Assembly: GCF_002899675.1 (NCBI RefSeq)
Contig: NZ_PKUU01000025.1
Location: 48,555-112,554 of the forward strand
DNA: 64,000 nucleotides
From: Clostridium sp. chh4-2
Lineage (GTDB): Bacteria; Bacillota; Clostridia; Lachnospirales; Lachnospiraceae
Reading direction: 5' to 3'
Of the stretch, positions 29,537-38,116 are shown in pieces; position 1 is the stretch's first letter, and each line of letters begins with the position of its first letter. The position numbers were made by a program, and so were the translations under genes. The notes beneath the pieces are model-generated. The model was not told where the DNA came from, did no database searches, and saw only the letters and a list, made by a program, of their open reading frames with translations.

Positions 29537-31717
29537 ATGAAAATCAGCAATTTACAGCCTAAAATGAACCGGGATGAGGTGTTCCGGCTGATCGACTGTC
29601 ATGAAGACAGCCCCGTTTATGAAGAAGTGGAAGAATCCTATGAGAGTCTGGAAGAAGAAGTTTATAAGATGATCGAACCGGCAGGAATTTTTGAATTTTC
29701 CCGGCTGACGAAAGAAACGGAGACAAAAGAGTATCCGGCAGGAACCCCGGTGATCTATCTGATCGCCACCGTGGGACGCAAGGTGAGCGCCTATGCGGAT
29801 CAGCTTTTCAAGGAAGGCGAGTTTCTAAAAGGCATGCTGGCGGACGCCATGGCGGACTCCTGCCTGTTCAGCCTGGAACGGTCCTGGCAGGAACAGATCA
29901 AAGAGGCCTGCGGAAACAGGAATGTGGGGATTGCCAGGCGCTTGGAGGCTCCTCAGGATATTCCCATGGAAGCCCAGAAGGAGGCATATGAAGTCCTCCG
30001 CGCCAAAGAGGAACTGGATATGAACCTGTCCTCGGGATATATGTACGATCCGGTAAAATCCACATGCCAGGTATTTGTGCTCACTTCAGACCGTGAAGTA
30101 TTCCGCACACAGCATAACTGCAGAGCCTGTTCCAAACTGGACTGCAAGATGAGGAATATTCCTCCCGTCCAGGTGGAAGTGACGGAACAATCCGGCACCT
30201 ATTTTATGGAACTAAAGGATAAAGAAAGCATTATGGACGGTTTGATCCGCCATGGCACCTATCTCAGCGCGGTATGCGGGGGAAAGGGCATCTGCGGTAA
30301 ATGCCGGATCAGGGTAACAAAAGGCAGCCTGCCCCCATCCCCGTCCGACCGCAAATTTTTCACGGAAAAAGAGCTGGAAGAAGGCTGCCGTCTTTCCTGT
30401 CTGGCTTATCCCCAGGATGACGTAAGCATCCTTTTAGAAAATGGACAGGAAGACAGTTTCGAAGTGCTGAGCCAATTCCAGGAACAAAAAAAACAGACGA
30501 AAACCTCAGGCAGCAGTTACGGCATCGCTATCGATATCGGAACCACAACCATCGCAGTTCATCTGATTTCCGTTCCGGACGGAGCCCTGGCCGCTTCCCA
30601 CAGTTCCATTAACCACCAGCGGGCCTATGGCGCCGACGTGGTATCCAGAATGCTGGCATCCAACCAGGGAAAAGGGGAAGAACTGAGGGCCTGCATCCGA
30701 AAAGATCTTTTAGAAGGAATCCGTTCCGTAATTAGCCGGGGCGGGATTGATGCGGATCAGATTAAAAAGATTGCCGTAGGCGCCAACACCACGATGACCC
30801 ATCTGCTTTTAGGGTTTTCCTGTGAAACATTGGGCGTATATCCCTTTGACCCGGTGGATATCAGTTACATTATCCGTCCATTTGAAGAGGTATTCGGTGA
30901 TACGATGTTAGAATGTCCGGTGGAAATCCTGCCCGGAATCTCCACCTACGTGGGCGGAGATATCGTTTCGGGGCTGCTGTTCTGCGGATTTCATAAGTCG
31001 GAACAGGTGAGCGTGCTCATCGACCTGGGAACCAACGGGGAGATGGCAATCGGCTGTAAAGACAGGATATTGGTAACCTCCACTGCGGCCGGGCCTGCAT
31101 TTGAGGGCGGAAATATCAGCTGCGGCATGGGAAGCGTGGCGGGGGCGATCTGCCATGTAAACCTGGATCAGAATAACCGTCCTGCCATAGAAACCATAGG
31201 AAAACAGCCTCCCATCGGACTTTGCGGAACCGGAGTGATTGAAACTACGGCAGAGCTGATACGGACCGGTCTGGTGGATGAAACCGGGCTTTTGGATGAC
31301 GAATATTTCGACGACGGGCTGGTTTTAGCTTTGGCGCCCGATGGAAAAGAGATATCCTTTACTCAAAAGGATGTGAGAGAGATTCAGCTGGCCAAATCCG
31401 CTGTGAGAGCCGGACTGGAAACCCTGATTCTCAGATACGGCGTTTCCTATGAACAGATCCATAAAGTCTATTTGGCCGGAGGATTCGGATATAAGATCGA
31501 CCAGCAGAAGGCGGTGGCAATCGGCATGATTCCGGAAGAACTGGCCGGAAAGATCGAAACTGTGGGCAACAGTTCCTTAGGAGGCGCTTATCTGGCGCTC
31601 ACAAAAGAACACGCCAAAGAAGAGATGGAGCAGCTGGTGGCCCGGTCAGAGGAAATCGGTCTGTCCACGGACAAGGACTTTAATGAGTTTTACATGGAAT
31701 ATATGTATTTTGAGTAA
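29537..31717 (+). CDS. RACo-like ATP-dependent corrinoid reductive activase homolog: N-terminal MetH-activation-domain-like region + plant-type 2Fe-2S ferredoxin + ASKHA ATPase (DUF4445-type)
   Basis: CGGKGICGKCR...CRLSC ferredoxin motif (aa ~245-290); GIAIDIGTTTIAVHL ASKHA phosphate-1 motif; N-terminal 190 aa aligns by eye with the MetH C-terminal activation domain. 726 aa. Confidence 0.65.
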   Translation: MKISNLQPKMNRDEVFRLIDCHEDSPVYEEVEESYESLEEEVYKMIEPAGIFEFSRLTKETETKEYPAGTPVIYLIATVGRKVSAYADQLFKEGEFLKGMLADAMADSCLFSLERSWQEQIKEACGNRNVGIARRLEAPQDIPMEAQKEAYEVLRAKEELDMNLSSGYMYDPVKSTCQVFVLTSDREVFRTQHNCRACSKLDCKMRNIPPVQVEVTEQSGTYFMELKDKESIMDGLIRHGTYLSAVCGGKGICGKCRIRVTKGSLPPSPSDRKFFTEKELEEGCRLSCLAYPQDDVSILLENGQEDSFEVLSQFQEQKKQTKTSGSSYGIAIDIGTTTIAVHLISVPDGALAASHSSINHQRAYGADVVSRMLASNQGKGEELRACIRKDLLEGIRSVISRGGIDADQIKKIAVGANTTMTHLLLGFSCETLGVYPFDPVDISYIIRPFEEVFGDTMLECPVEILPGISTYVGGDIVSGLLFCGFHKSEQVSVLIDLGTNGEMAIGCKDRILVTSTAAGPAFEGGNISCGMGSVAGAICHVNLDQNNRPAIETIGKQPPIGLCGTGVIETTAELIRTGLVDETGLLDDEYFDDGLVLALAPDGKEISFTQKDVREIQLAKSAVRAGLETLILRYGVSYEQIHKVYLAGGFGYKIDQQKAVAIGMIPEELAGKIETVGNSSLGGAYLALTKEHAKEEMEQLVARSEEIGLSTDKDFNEFYMEYMYFE

Positions 31718-31804
31718 TTGTTCAGCAGGTCTGAGCGCTTACCGGACAATTGCCGGTTCGAATAACAAGAGAATGAGCTGTCAGAAGCGGCGGAAAGGCG
31801 GGAA

Positions 31805-32968
31805 ATGATGCAGGATAAGGAAATACAGGAATGTCCCCAGGGATATGTATGGAAAGAGAATAAGAAACTCCGATGCGGATATACAACAGGTTCCTGTGCC
31901 GCCGCCGCGGCCAAGGCAGCTCTTTTTACACTGCTTTCAGGGACTGTATCGGATCATGTGGAGCTTATGACGCCCAAAGGAATCCGCCTTTATCTGGAGG
32001 TAGAAGAGCTGGAAAAGGGCGACGGCTGGGCGTCCTGCGGAATCAGGAAGGACGGAGGCGACGACCCGGACGCGACCCATGGCCTTCTCATCATGGCAAA
32101 GGTGAGCAGAACAGAAGAACCGGGAATTGAGATAGACGGCGGCCCCGGAGTGGGACGGGTTACCAGGAAAGGCCTGGACCAGCCGCCCGGAGCCGCAGCC
32201 ATCAACCGGGTTCCAAGGGAAATGATAACGAGAGAGATGGAAGCGCTTTTGAAGGAATACGGTGATTTGGGCGGGATTAAGGTGGAGATTTCCGTGCCGG
32301 AAGGCGAAAAAACGGCGGAAAAGACATTTAATCCCCGTCTTGGTATTGTGGGCGGAATCTCCATTTTGGGAACCAGCGGGATTGTGATTCCCATGAGCGA
32401 AGCGGCTCTGATTGCCAGCATCGGAATAGAGATGAAGCAGCTTTTAGCGGAGGGGAACGGTTACATTGTCCTTTCTCCCGGCAATTACGGGGAGTCCTTC
32501 TCCCTGAATCAATATGAGATTCCCGGACGGTATATCGTAAAGACCAGCAACTTCATCGGAGAGAGCATCGATTTGGCCATGGAGGCGGGAGCCAAGGGAA
32601 TCCTGATGATCGGCCATATCGGAAAATTTGTGAAGCTGGCAGGCGGCATCATGAACACCCATTCCAGAAATGCGGACGCCAGGACGGAACTGATGGCAGC
32701 CCATGTGATCCGCTGCGGCGGGGATGCGGCCACGGCGGCCAAGATTTTAGAATGTGTGACCACAGACGAAGCTTTGGAAGTCTTAAAGCAGGCAGGAATG
32801 CTTAAACAGGTATCCAAAAGCCTGTTGGAAAAAATCCTCTATTATGTGGAGCGCAGGGGATATGGCCGCTTAGAGACGGGAATCGTGATGTATTCCAATG
32901 AGTACGGACTTTTAGGAGCAACGAAACAGGTTCCGGATCTTCTGAAGAAAGTAAAGGAGTATATGTGA
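31805..32968 (+). CDS. cbiD: Cobalt-precorrin-5B (C1)-methyltransferase
   Basis: LRCGYTTGSCAAAAAKAA signature; 387 aa. Confidence 0.85.
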   Translation: MMQDKEIQECPQGYVWKENKKLRCGYTTGSCAAAAAKAALFTLLSGTVSDHVELMTPKGIRLYLEVEELEKGDGWASCGIRKDGGDDPDATHGLLIMAKVSRTEEPGIEIDGGPGVGRVTRKGLDQPPGAAAINRVPREMITREMEALLKEYGDLGGIKVEISVPEGEKTAEKTFNPRLGIVGGISILGTSGIVIPMSEAALIASIGIEMKQLLAEGNGYIVLSPGNYGESFSLNQYEIPGRYIVKTSNFIGESIDLAMEAGAKGILMIGHIGKFVKLAGGIMNTHSRNADARTELMAAHVIRCGGDAATAAKILECVTTDEALEVLKQAGMLKQVSKSLLEKILYYVERRGYGRLETGIVMYSNEYGLLGATKQVPDLLKKVKEYM

Positions 32969-32969
32969 A

Positions 32970-34925
32970 ATGAATGCAGTACTGATATTTGCAGGAACCA
33001 GTGAGGGAAGAGAACTGGCCTCCTTTTTAAGCCGGAATCGGATTGAATCCTGGGTGAGCGTGGCGACCGAATACGGCGAGACGCTGCTTCCGAAAGAGGA
33101 AAACACAACCGTCGTAACCGGATATAAAGATCAGCAGGAGATCCGGCTTTTTCTGAATGAACACGGCTTTTCCTGTGTGGTGGACGCTACCCATCCCTAT
33201 GCGGTGAAAGCCACCCAGCATATAAAGGCGGCCTGTGAAAGCGCAGGCGTACCGTATTACAGGCTTCTAAGGGAAGAAGAACATGGGCTGGCCGGGTCAG
33301 ACCGGGCCGTCTGCGTTGCATCTGTCCGGGAAGCGGCAGAGTATTTAAAAGACAAAGAAGGAAATGTGATGATAACCACCGGAAGCAAAGAACTGGCGCC
33401 TTATATGGAGTTATCCGACCCATCCAGGCTGTATTTCCGCGTGCTTCCCACCGCATCCTCCTTAGAACTCTGTACGGCTCAGAACATCTCTCCTAAAAAT
33501 GTGATCGCCATGCAGGGACCCTTTGGCAGAGAGCTGAATGCGGCCCTGATCCGTCAGTTTCATTGCCGCTACCTGGTGACCAAGTCTTCCGGACAGGCAG
33601 GCGGATTCGAAGAAAAAATCCAGGCCTGTGAGGATGCCGGAGCGGTTCCGGTAGTGATTAAACGGCCGGAAGAGACAGAAGGATACACGGCAAAAGAGAT
33701 CAGAAAGCTTTTGCTGGAACAGTACGGAATTGAAGAAAAGGCCGTAATTACCATAGCAGGGATCGGGCCTGGATCAGAGAACATGATGACGTCGGAGGTG
33801 TTGCAAAAACTTTCGGAAGCGGACGTATGCATTGGAAGCGGCCGTATGCTGGAAGCGGCGAAAGTACGGGGAATGGCAGTTTTTGACAGCTACCGGCCTG
33901 AGGAGATAAAGGAGTGGATAAAAGCTCATCCCGAGTATCAAAATATCATGATACTCATGTCCGGCGACATCGGATTTTACAGCGGAACGAAAAAACTCAT
34001 GGATCAGCTGGAAGAATATCCGGTCACATTGCTTCCCGGAATTTCTTCCGTATCCGCATTTTGCGCAAAGCTTGGCATATCCTGGGATGATATGTTTTTA
34101 TGCAGCGTCCACGGAAGAAAACAGAATCTGATACAAAAGATACGGAGCCACAGAAAAGTATTTGCTCTGTTGGGAAAGGAAGAGGAATTTCACCGTTTGT
34201 GCGCTCTCATGACAGAATTCGGGATGGAGGATGTGACCATTTATATTGGAGATTCCCTGTCTTATGGCCAGGAACGGATCTTTAAGGGAACTCCCCGAAC
34301 GGCGGTGAAGGAGAAATTTTCCAATCTGTGCTGTGCGGTTTTTATAAATGAGCGGTTTGAAAAGAAAAAGCTGCTTCTGGGAATTCCGGAAGAACAATTT
34401 ATACGGGATAAGGTGCCCATGACAAAAGATGAAGTGAGGTGCATTTCCATAGCAAAACTTCAGATGGAACAGGATTCCGTTGTTTATGATATCGGGGCGG
34501 GTACCGGTTCGGTATCCGTGGAACTGGCTTTGGCAGCAGAAGACGGCATGGTGTATGCGGTTGAAAAGAAGCCGCTGGCGGCGGAGCTGATCGGTAAAAA
34601 CAGGGATAAATTCTGTCTTTCCAATCTGGAAATTATAGAAGGAACAGCGCCCGAAGCCCTATTAAACCTGCCGGTTCCGACCCATGCATTTATCGGAGGC
34701 TCTTCCGGCAATTTAAAAGAGATCATAGAAGTTCTGAAACGGAAAAATCCGTCTGTGAGGATTGTAATCAACGCCATCGCCCTGGAAACAGTGGCCGAAA
34801 TCGCGGCTCTCGGCAGAGAATACCAGATAGAAATCGTTCAGGTTCAGGCGGCGAAAGCGAAAAAAGCGGGAAATTACCATCTGATGATGGGACAAAACCC
34901 CGTAACAATTGCAGTGATTGAATAA
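32970..34925 (+). CDS. Trifunctional fusion: cobalt-precorrin-6A reductase (CbiJ) + cobalt-precorrin-7 C5-methyltransferase (CbiE) + cobalt-precorrin-6B C15-methyltransferase (decarboxylating, CbiT)
   Basis: aa 1-250 CbiJ/CobK (MNAVLIFAGTSEGRELA); aa ~255-455 CbiE (ITIAGIGPGSENMMT); aa ~460-651 CbiT SAM-MTase (YDIGAGTGSVSVELA). Confidence 0.8.
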   Translation: MNAVLIFAGTSEGRELASFLSRNRIESWVSVATEYGETLLPKEENTTVVTGYKDQQEIRLFLNEHGFSCVVDATHPYAVKATQHIKAACESAGVPYYRLLREEEHGLAGSDRAVCVASVREAAEYLKDKEGNVMITTGSKELAPYMELSDPSRLYFRVLPTASSLELCTAQNISPKNVIAMQGPFGRELNAALIRQFHCRYLVTKSSGQAGGFEEKIQACEDAGAVPVVIKRPEETEGYTAKEIRKLLLEQYGIEEKAVITIAGIGPGSENMMTSEVLQKLSEADVCIGSGRMLEAAKVRGMAVFDSYRPEEIKEWIKAHPEYQNIMILMSGDIGFYSGTKKLMDQLEEYPVTLLPGISSVSAFCAKLGISWDDMFLCSVHGRKQNLIQKIRSHRKVFALLGKEEEFHRLCALMTEFGMEDVTIYIGDSLSYGQERIFKGTPRTAVKEKFSNLCCAVFINERFEKKKLLLGIPEEQFIRDKVPMTKDEVRCISIAKLQMEQDSVVYDIGAGTGSVSVELALAAEDGMVYAVEKKPLAAELIGKNRDKFCLSNLEIIEGTAPEALLNLPVPTHAFIGGSSGNLKEIIEVLKRKNPSVRIVINAIALETVAEIAALGREYQIEIVQVQAAKAKKAGNYHLMMGQNPVTIAVIE

Positions 34926-34978
34926 AGGTAACTGTTCAGCAGGTCTGCGCATTTACGAAGAAAGAAAGGGGACTGGCT

Positions 34979-35956
34979 ATGTTGTATCTGGTAACAGGGC
35001 CTGAAAAATCAGGGAAATCGGCCAAAGCGGAGGCGCTGGCGGTTCGTTTAGGAGAAAAAAGAATCTATCTTGCAACCATGGTCCCATTCGGGGAAGAGGG
35101 AAAAAAGCGGGTGGAGCATCATCGGGAGCTGCGAAAAGAAAAAGGGTTTCAGACCGTAGAATGCCCGGTTTTCATCGACCGGCTGGATATTCCAAGTGAC
35201 GCCGTGGTGGTGTTGGAATGCATTGTGAACCTGACTGCGAATTTCTATTTCGGAACGGAGGAAACCCCAGCCCATCCGGCGGAGGAAACCATCCGGCTGG
35301 TCTGCGAAAAAGTGAATGAACTGAAAGGCAAATGTCAGGAACTCATTGTGGTAACGGGCCAAATGGAGTATGATCAAAGCTATGACAAAGAAACGAGAGA
35401 TTATATAGAGACGGTGCACCAGGTCAACCGCCGGTTAGAGCAGATGGCAGACCGGTTGATCGGAAGCGAGCCCCAGGATTATCCCCGCTTTCCGCTGTTC
35501 GTGGATATCAGCAAAAAACGGGTTCTGGTGGCCGGAGCGGGCAAAATTGCGGCCAGAAGAGCTGCTGTTTTAGCTGAATTCGGCGCGGTTGTCCTTGTGG
35601 CGGCGCCGGATGGATGCGCCCAGATGGAACAGCTGGAACAGAGCGGCCAGGTCCATTGGGAGAGAAGGCCCGTAAGAGAAACGGATTTGGCAGGCGTTTA
35701 TCTGGCTGTGGCCGCGACAAACCGCCCGGATGTCAACGGCCGCCTTGCAAAATTATGCAGAGAGCGGGGAATTATGGTCAGCCATGCGGGGGATGAAAGC
35801 CAGTGCAGCTTTTATTTTCCGGGAATCGCCCGGGAAGGGGAACTGGTGGCCGGAGTGGTTGCGGACGGTAAGAACCACAGCCTTGCCAAACAGGCGGCCC
35901 AATCTCTCAGAATCTGGCTCAAACAGTTTATGGCGGAGAGGAAAGACGAGAGATGA
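34979..35956 (+). CDS. Fusion of adenosylcobinamide kinase/guanylyltransferase (CobU) with precorrin-2 dehydrogenase (SirC / CysG N-terminal domain)
   Basis: N-terminal LYLVTGPEKSGKSAKAE P-loop + HH motif (CobU); C-terminal KRVLVAGAGKIAARRAAVLAEFGA Rossmann fold typical of siroheme synthase N-terminal domain. Confidence 0.7.
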   Translation: MLYLVTGPEKSGKSAKAEALAVRLGEKRIYLATMVPFGEEGKKRVEHHRELRKEKGFQTVECPVFIDRLDIPSDAVVVLECIVNLTANFYFGTEETPAHPAEETIRLVCEKVNELKGKCQELIVVTGQMEYDQSYDKETRDYIETVHQVNRRLEQMADRLIGSEPQDYPRFPLFVDISKKRVLVAGAGKIAARRAAVLAEFGAVVLVAAPDGCAQMEQLEQSGQVHWERRPVRETDLAGVYLAVAATNRPDVNGRLAKLCRERGIMVSHAGDESQCSFYFPGIAREGELVAGVVADGKNHSLAKQAAQSLRIWLKQFMAERKDER

Positions 35957-37047
35957 AGACACATGGAGGAGATATCTACGGCGTATCTGCAAGTCTTGGC
36001 GTGAGGCCGGAAGATTGTCTGGACTTTTCAGCGAATATGAACCCTCTTGGTATTCCGGGGAGCGTAAAGGAGGCTATGAAAAAGAGCCTTGAAGAACTGA
36101 TCTATTATCCGGACCCGGACTGCGCTCTTCTGGTTCATGACCTGAGTCTTTTTCACAACGTGCCGGAAGAGATGATATTGGCGGGCAACGGGGCCGCGGA
36201 TCTGATCTTCCGCCTGGTCTATGGGATCAGGCCTAAAAAGGCGCTGGTGACAGCGCCCACGTTTTTGGAATATGAAGAGGCGCTGAAGCAGACAGATGCT
36301 AAGATCGTTCATTATCAACTGAACGGGAAACTGGAAGTTACAGAAGATATATTAAACTGCATAACGGTGGGGACGGATCTCATGTTTATATGTAATCCCA
36401 ACAACCCTACAGGTATTTTAACAGAAAAAAAACTTATTCTGGATATAGCCAAAAAGGCTGAAGAGACAGGGACGGTCCTGGTTTTAGACGAATGCTTCCT
36501 GGATTTTACAGAAAGAGAAGCGGATGATACCATGGTGCCGTATTTACAGGATTTTCCCCATATGGTCATATTAAAATCATTTACAAAGATGTTTTCCATA
36601 CCGGGAATCCGGCTGGGATATGCTCTTTGTTCCGACAGGGAGCTGATTCGTAAGATCCGGTCTGCGGGGCAGGGCTGGAGCGTCAATACCATAGCGGCGG
36701 CGGCGGGGAGAGCGGCCTTAACAGAACGGGATTTTGTGAAAACGTCTGCCGCTTATGTAAGGGAAGAGAGAGACTGGCTGACAGCCGCATTAAAAAAACG
36801 TGGAATTCGAGTATTTCCGGGACAGGCCAATTATCTGTTGATCCAGGTGGAGGACTGTCCCGGTTTATATGATAAAATGCTAAGATACGGGATCATGATC
36901 CGCCGGTGCTGCAACTATGAAGGCCTGGATGAAACCTATTACAGGATTGCGGTCAGAAATCATGAGGATAACAGAAAACTAACGGATGTTCTGGATCAAA
37001 TTATAGAAGGAGAGAAGAAAAAATGCTGCAAAGACCGAGAAGATTAA
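35953..37047 (+). CDS. cobD: L-threonine-O-3-phosphate decarboxylase (PLP aminotransferase class I/II fold)
   Basis: HGGDIY N-terminal motif; ...ILKSFTKMFSIPGIRLGY PLP-lysine region. Confidence 0.75.
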   Translation: MKTHGGDIYGVSASLGVRPEDCLDFSANMNPLGIPGSVKEAMKKSLEELIYYPDPDCALLVHDLSLFHNVPEEMILAGNGAADLIFRLVYGIRPKKALVTAPTFLEYEEALKQTDAKIVHYQLNGKLEVTEDILNCITVGTDLMFICNPNNPTGILTEKKLILDIAKKAEETGTVLVLDECFLDFTEREADDTMVPYLQDFPHMVILKSFTKMFSIPGIRLGYALCSDRELIRKIRSAGQGWSVNTIAAAAGRAALTERDFVKTSAAYVREERDWLTAALKKRGIRVFPGQANYLLIQVEDCPGLYDKMLRYGIMIRRCCNYEGLDETYYRIAVRNHEDNRKLTDVLDQIIEGEKKKCCKDRED

Positions 37048-38000
37048 GAGGAAATGAACTGCTCAGAAAGATGGTAAGGGAGACCAGGCTGGATAAAGCG
37101 TCCCTGATTTATCCCATGTTTGTGAAAGAAGGAACCGGAATTAAAGAAGAGATCCCAACCATGCCCGGACAATTCCGCTACAGCGTGGACCAGGCGGCAT
37201 ACAAGCTGGAAGAACTGAAAAAGGCGGGGGTAAACAGCGTGATGTTTTTTGGCATCCCGGACCACAAGGACGAAGTGGGAAGCGGCGCCTATGCAGAGGA
37301 CGGAATTGTTCAGAAAGCGTTACGGGAAGCCAGAAAACAGTTCCCTGACCTCTATCTGATTACCGACGTATGCATGTGCGAATACACCTCCCACGGACAC
37401 TGCGGCGTTCTCTGCGGACATGAGGTGGACAATGATCCCACCCTTGAACTTCTCTCCAAGACCGCATTATCCCACGTGCAGGCGGGGGCGGATATGGTGG
37501 CTCCTTCCGACATGATGGACGGCCGCGTGCTGGCAATCAGGAATCAATTGGATGAAAACGGTTTTACGGGAACTCCCATCATGTCCTATGCGGTGAAATA
37601 CGCGTCTGCTTTCTACGGCCCGTTCCGGGATGCGGCAGGTTCGGCCCCTGCATTTGGAGACAGAAAATCCTACCAGATGGATTACCACAACCGGAAAGAA
37701 GGGATCAAGGAAGCCCTTTTGGATGTGGAAGAGGGAGCTGACATCATCATGGTAAAACCGGCCATGAATTATCTGGACGTGATCCGGGAAGTGGCTGATA
37801 TGGTGGACGTGCCGGTGGCGTCTTACAGCGTCAGCGGAGAATACGCCATGGTGAAAGCCGGAGCGAAGATGGGATACATAGACGAAGAGAAAATCATTGC
37901 CGAAATGGCGGTTGCATCCTACCGGGCGGGAGCGTCCATCTACCTGACTTACTTCGCAGAAGAGATCGCATCCCTGATTGACAGGGGAATTATTGGATAA
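37023..38000 (+). CDS. hemB: Porphobilinogen synthase (delta-aminolevulinate dehydratase)
   Basis: RPRRLRGNELLR N-terminus; ...MVKPAMNYLDV active-site region. Confidence 0.85.
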   Translation: MLQRPRRLRGNELLRKMVRETRLDKASLIYPMFVKEGTGIKEEIPTMPGQFRYSVDQAAYKLEELKKAGVNSVMFFGIPDHKDEVGSGAYAEDGIVQKALREARKQFPDLYLITDVCMCEYTSHGHCGVLCGHEVDNDPTLELLSKTALSHVQAGADMVAPSDMMDGRVLAIRNQLDENGFTGTPIMSYAVKYASAFYGPFRDAAGSAPAFGDRKSYQMDYHNRKEGIKEALLDVEEGADIIMVKPAMNYLDVIREVADMVDVPVASYSVSGEYAMVKAGAKMGYIDEEKIIAEMAVASYRAGASIYLTYFAEEIASLIDRGIIG

Positions 38001-38116
38001 CCTTAATGTATGGATTACAAGTTTCTGAAAGTTCTTGTAACATTTTAATATTGATTTTTTTTCTAAATAAAATTATAATGTAGAATAACTATTTCCTGCA
38101 GAAAAGGTGACGATCT

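Noticed and set aside
31714-31743. Sigma-54 (-24/-12) promoter interpretation of the recurring GTAAYTGTTCAGCAGGTCTGCGC motif
   Set aside because: There is no GG at -24 or GC at -12 with the required spacing; TGTTCAG / TCTGCG do not fit TGGCAC-N5-TTGCW.
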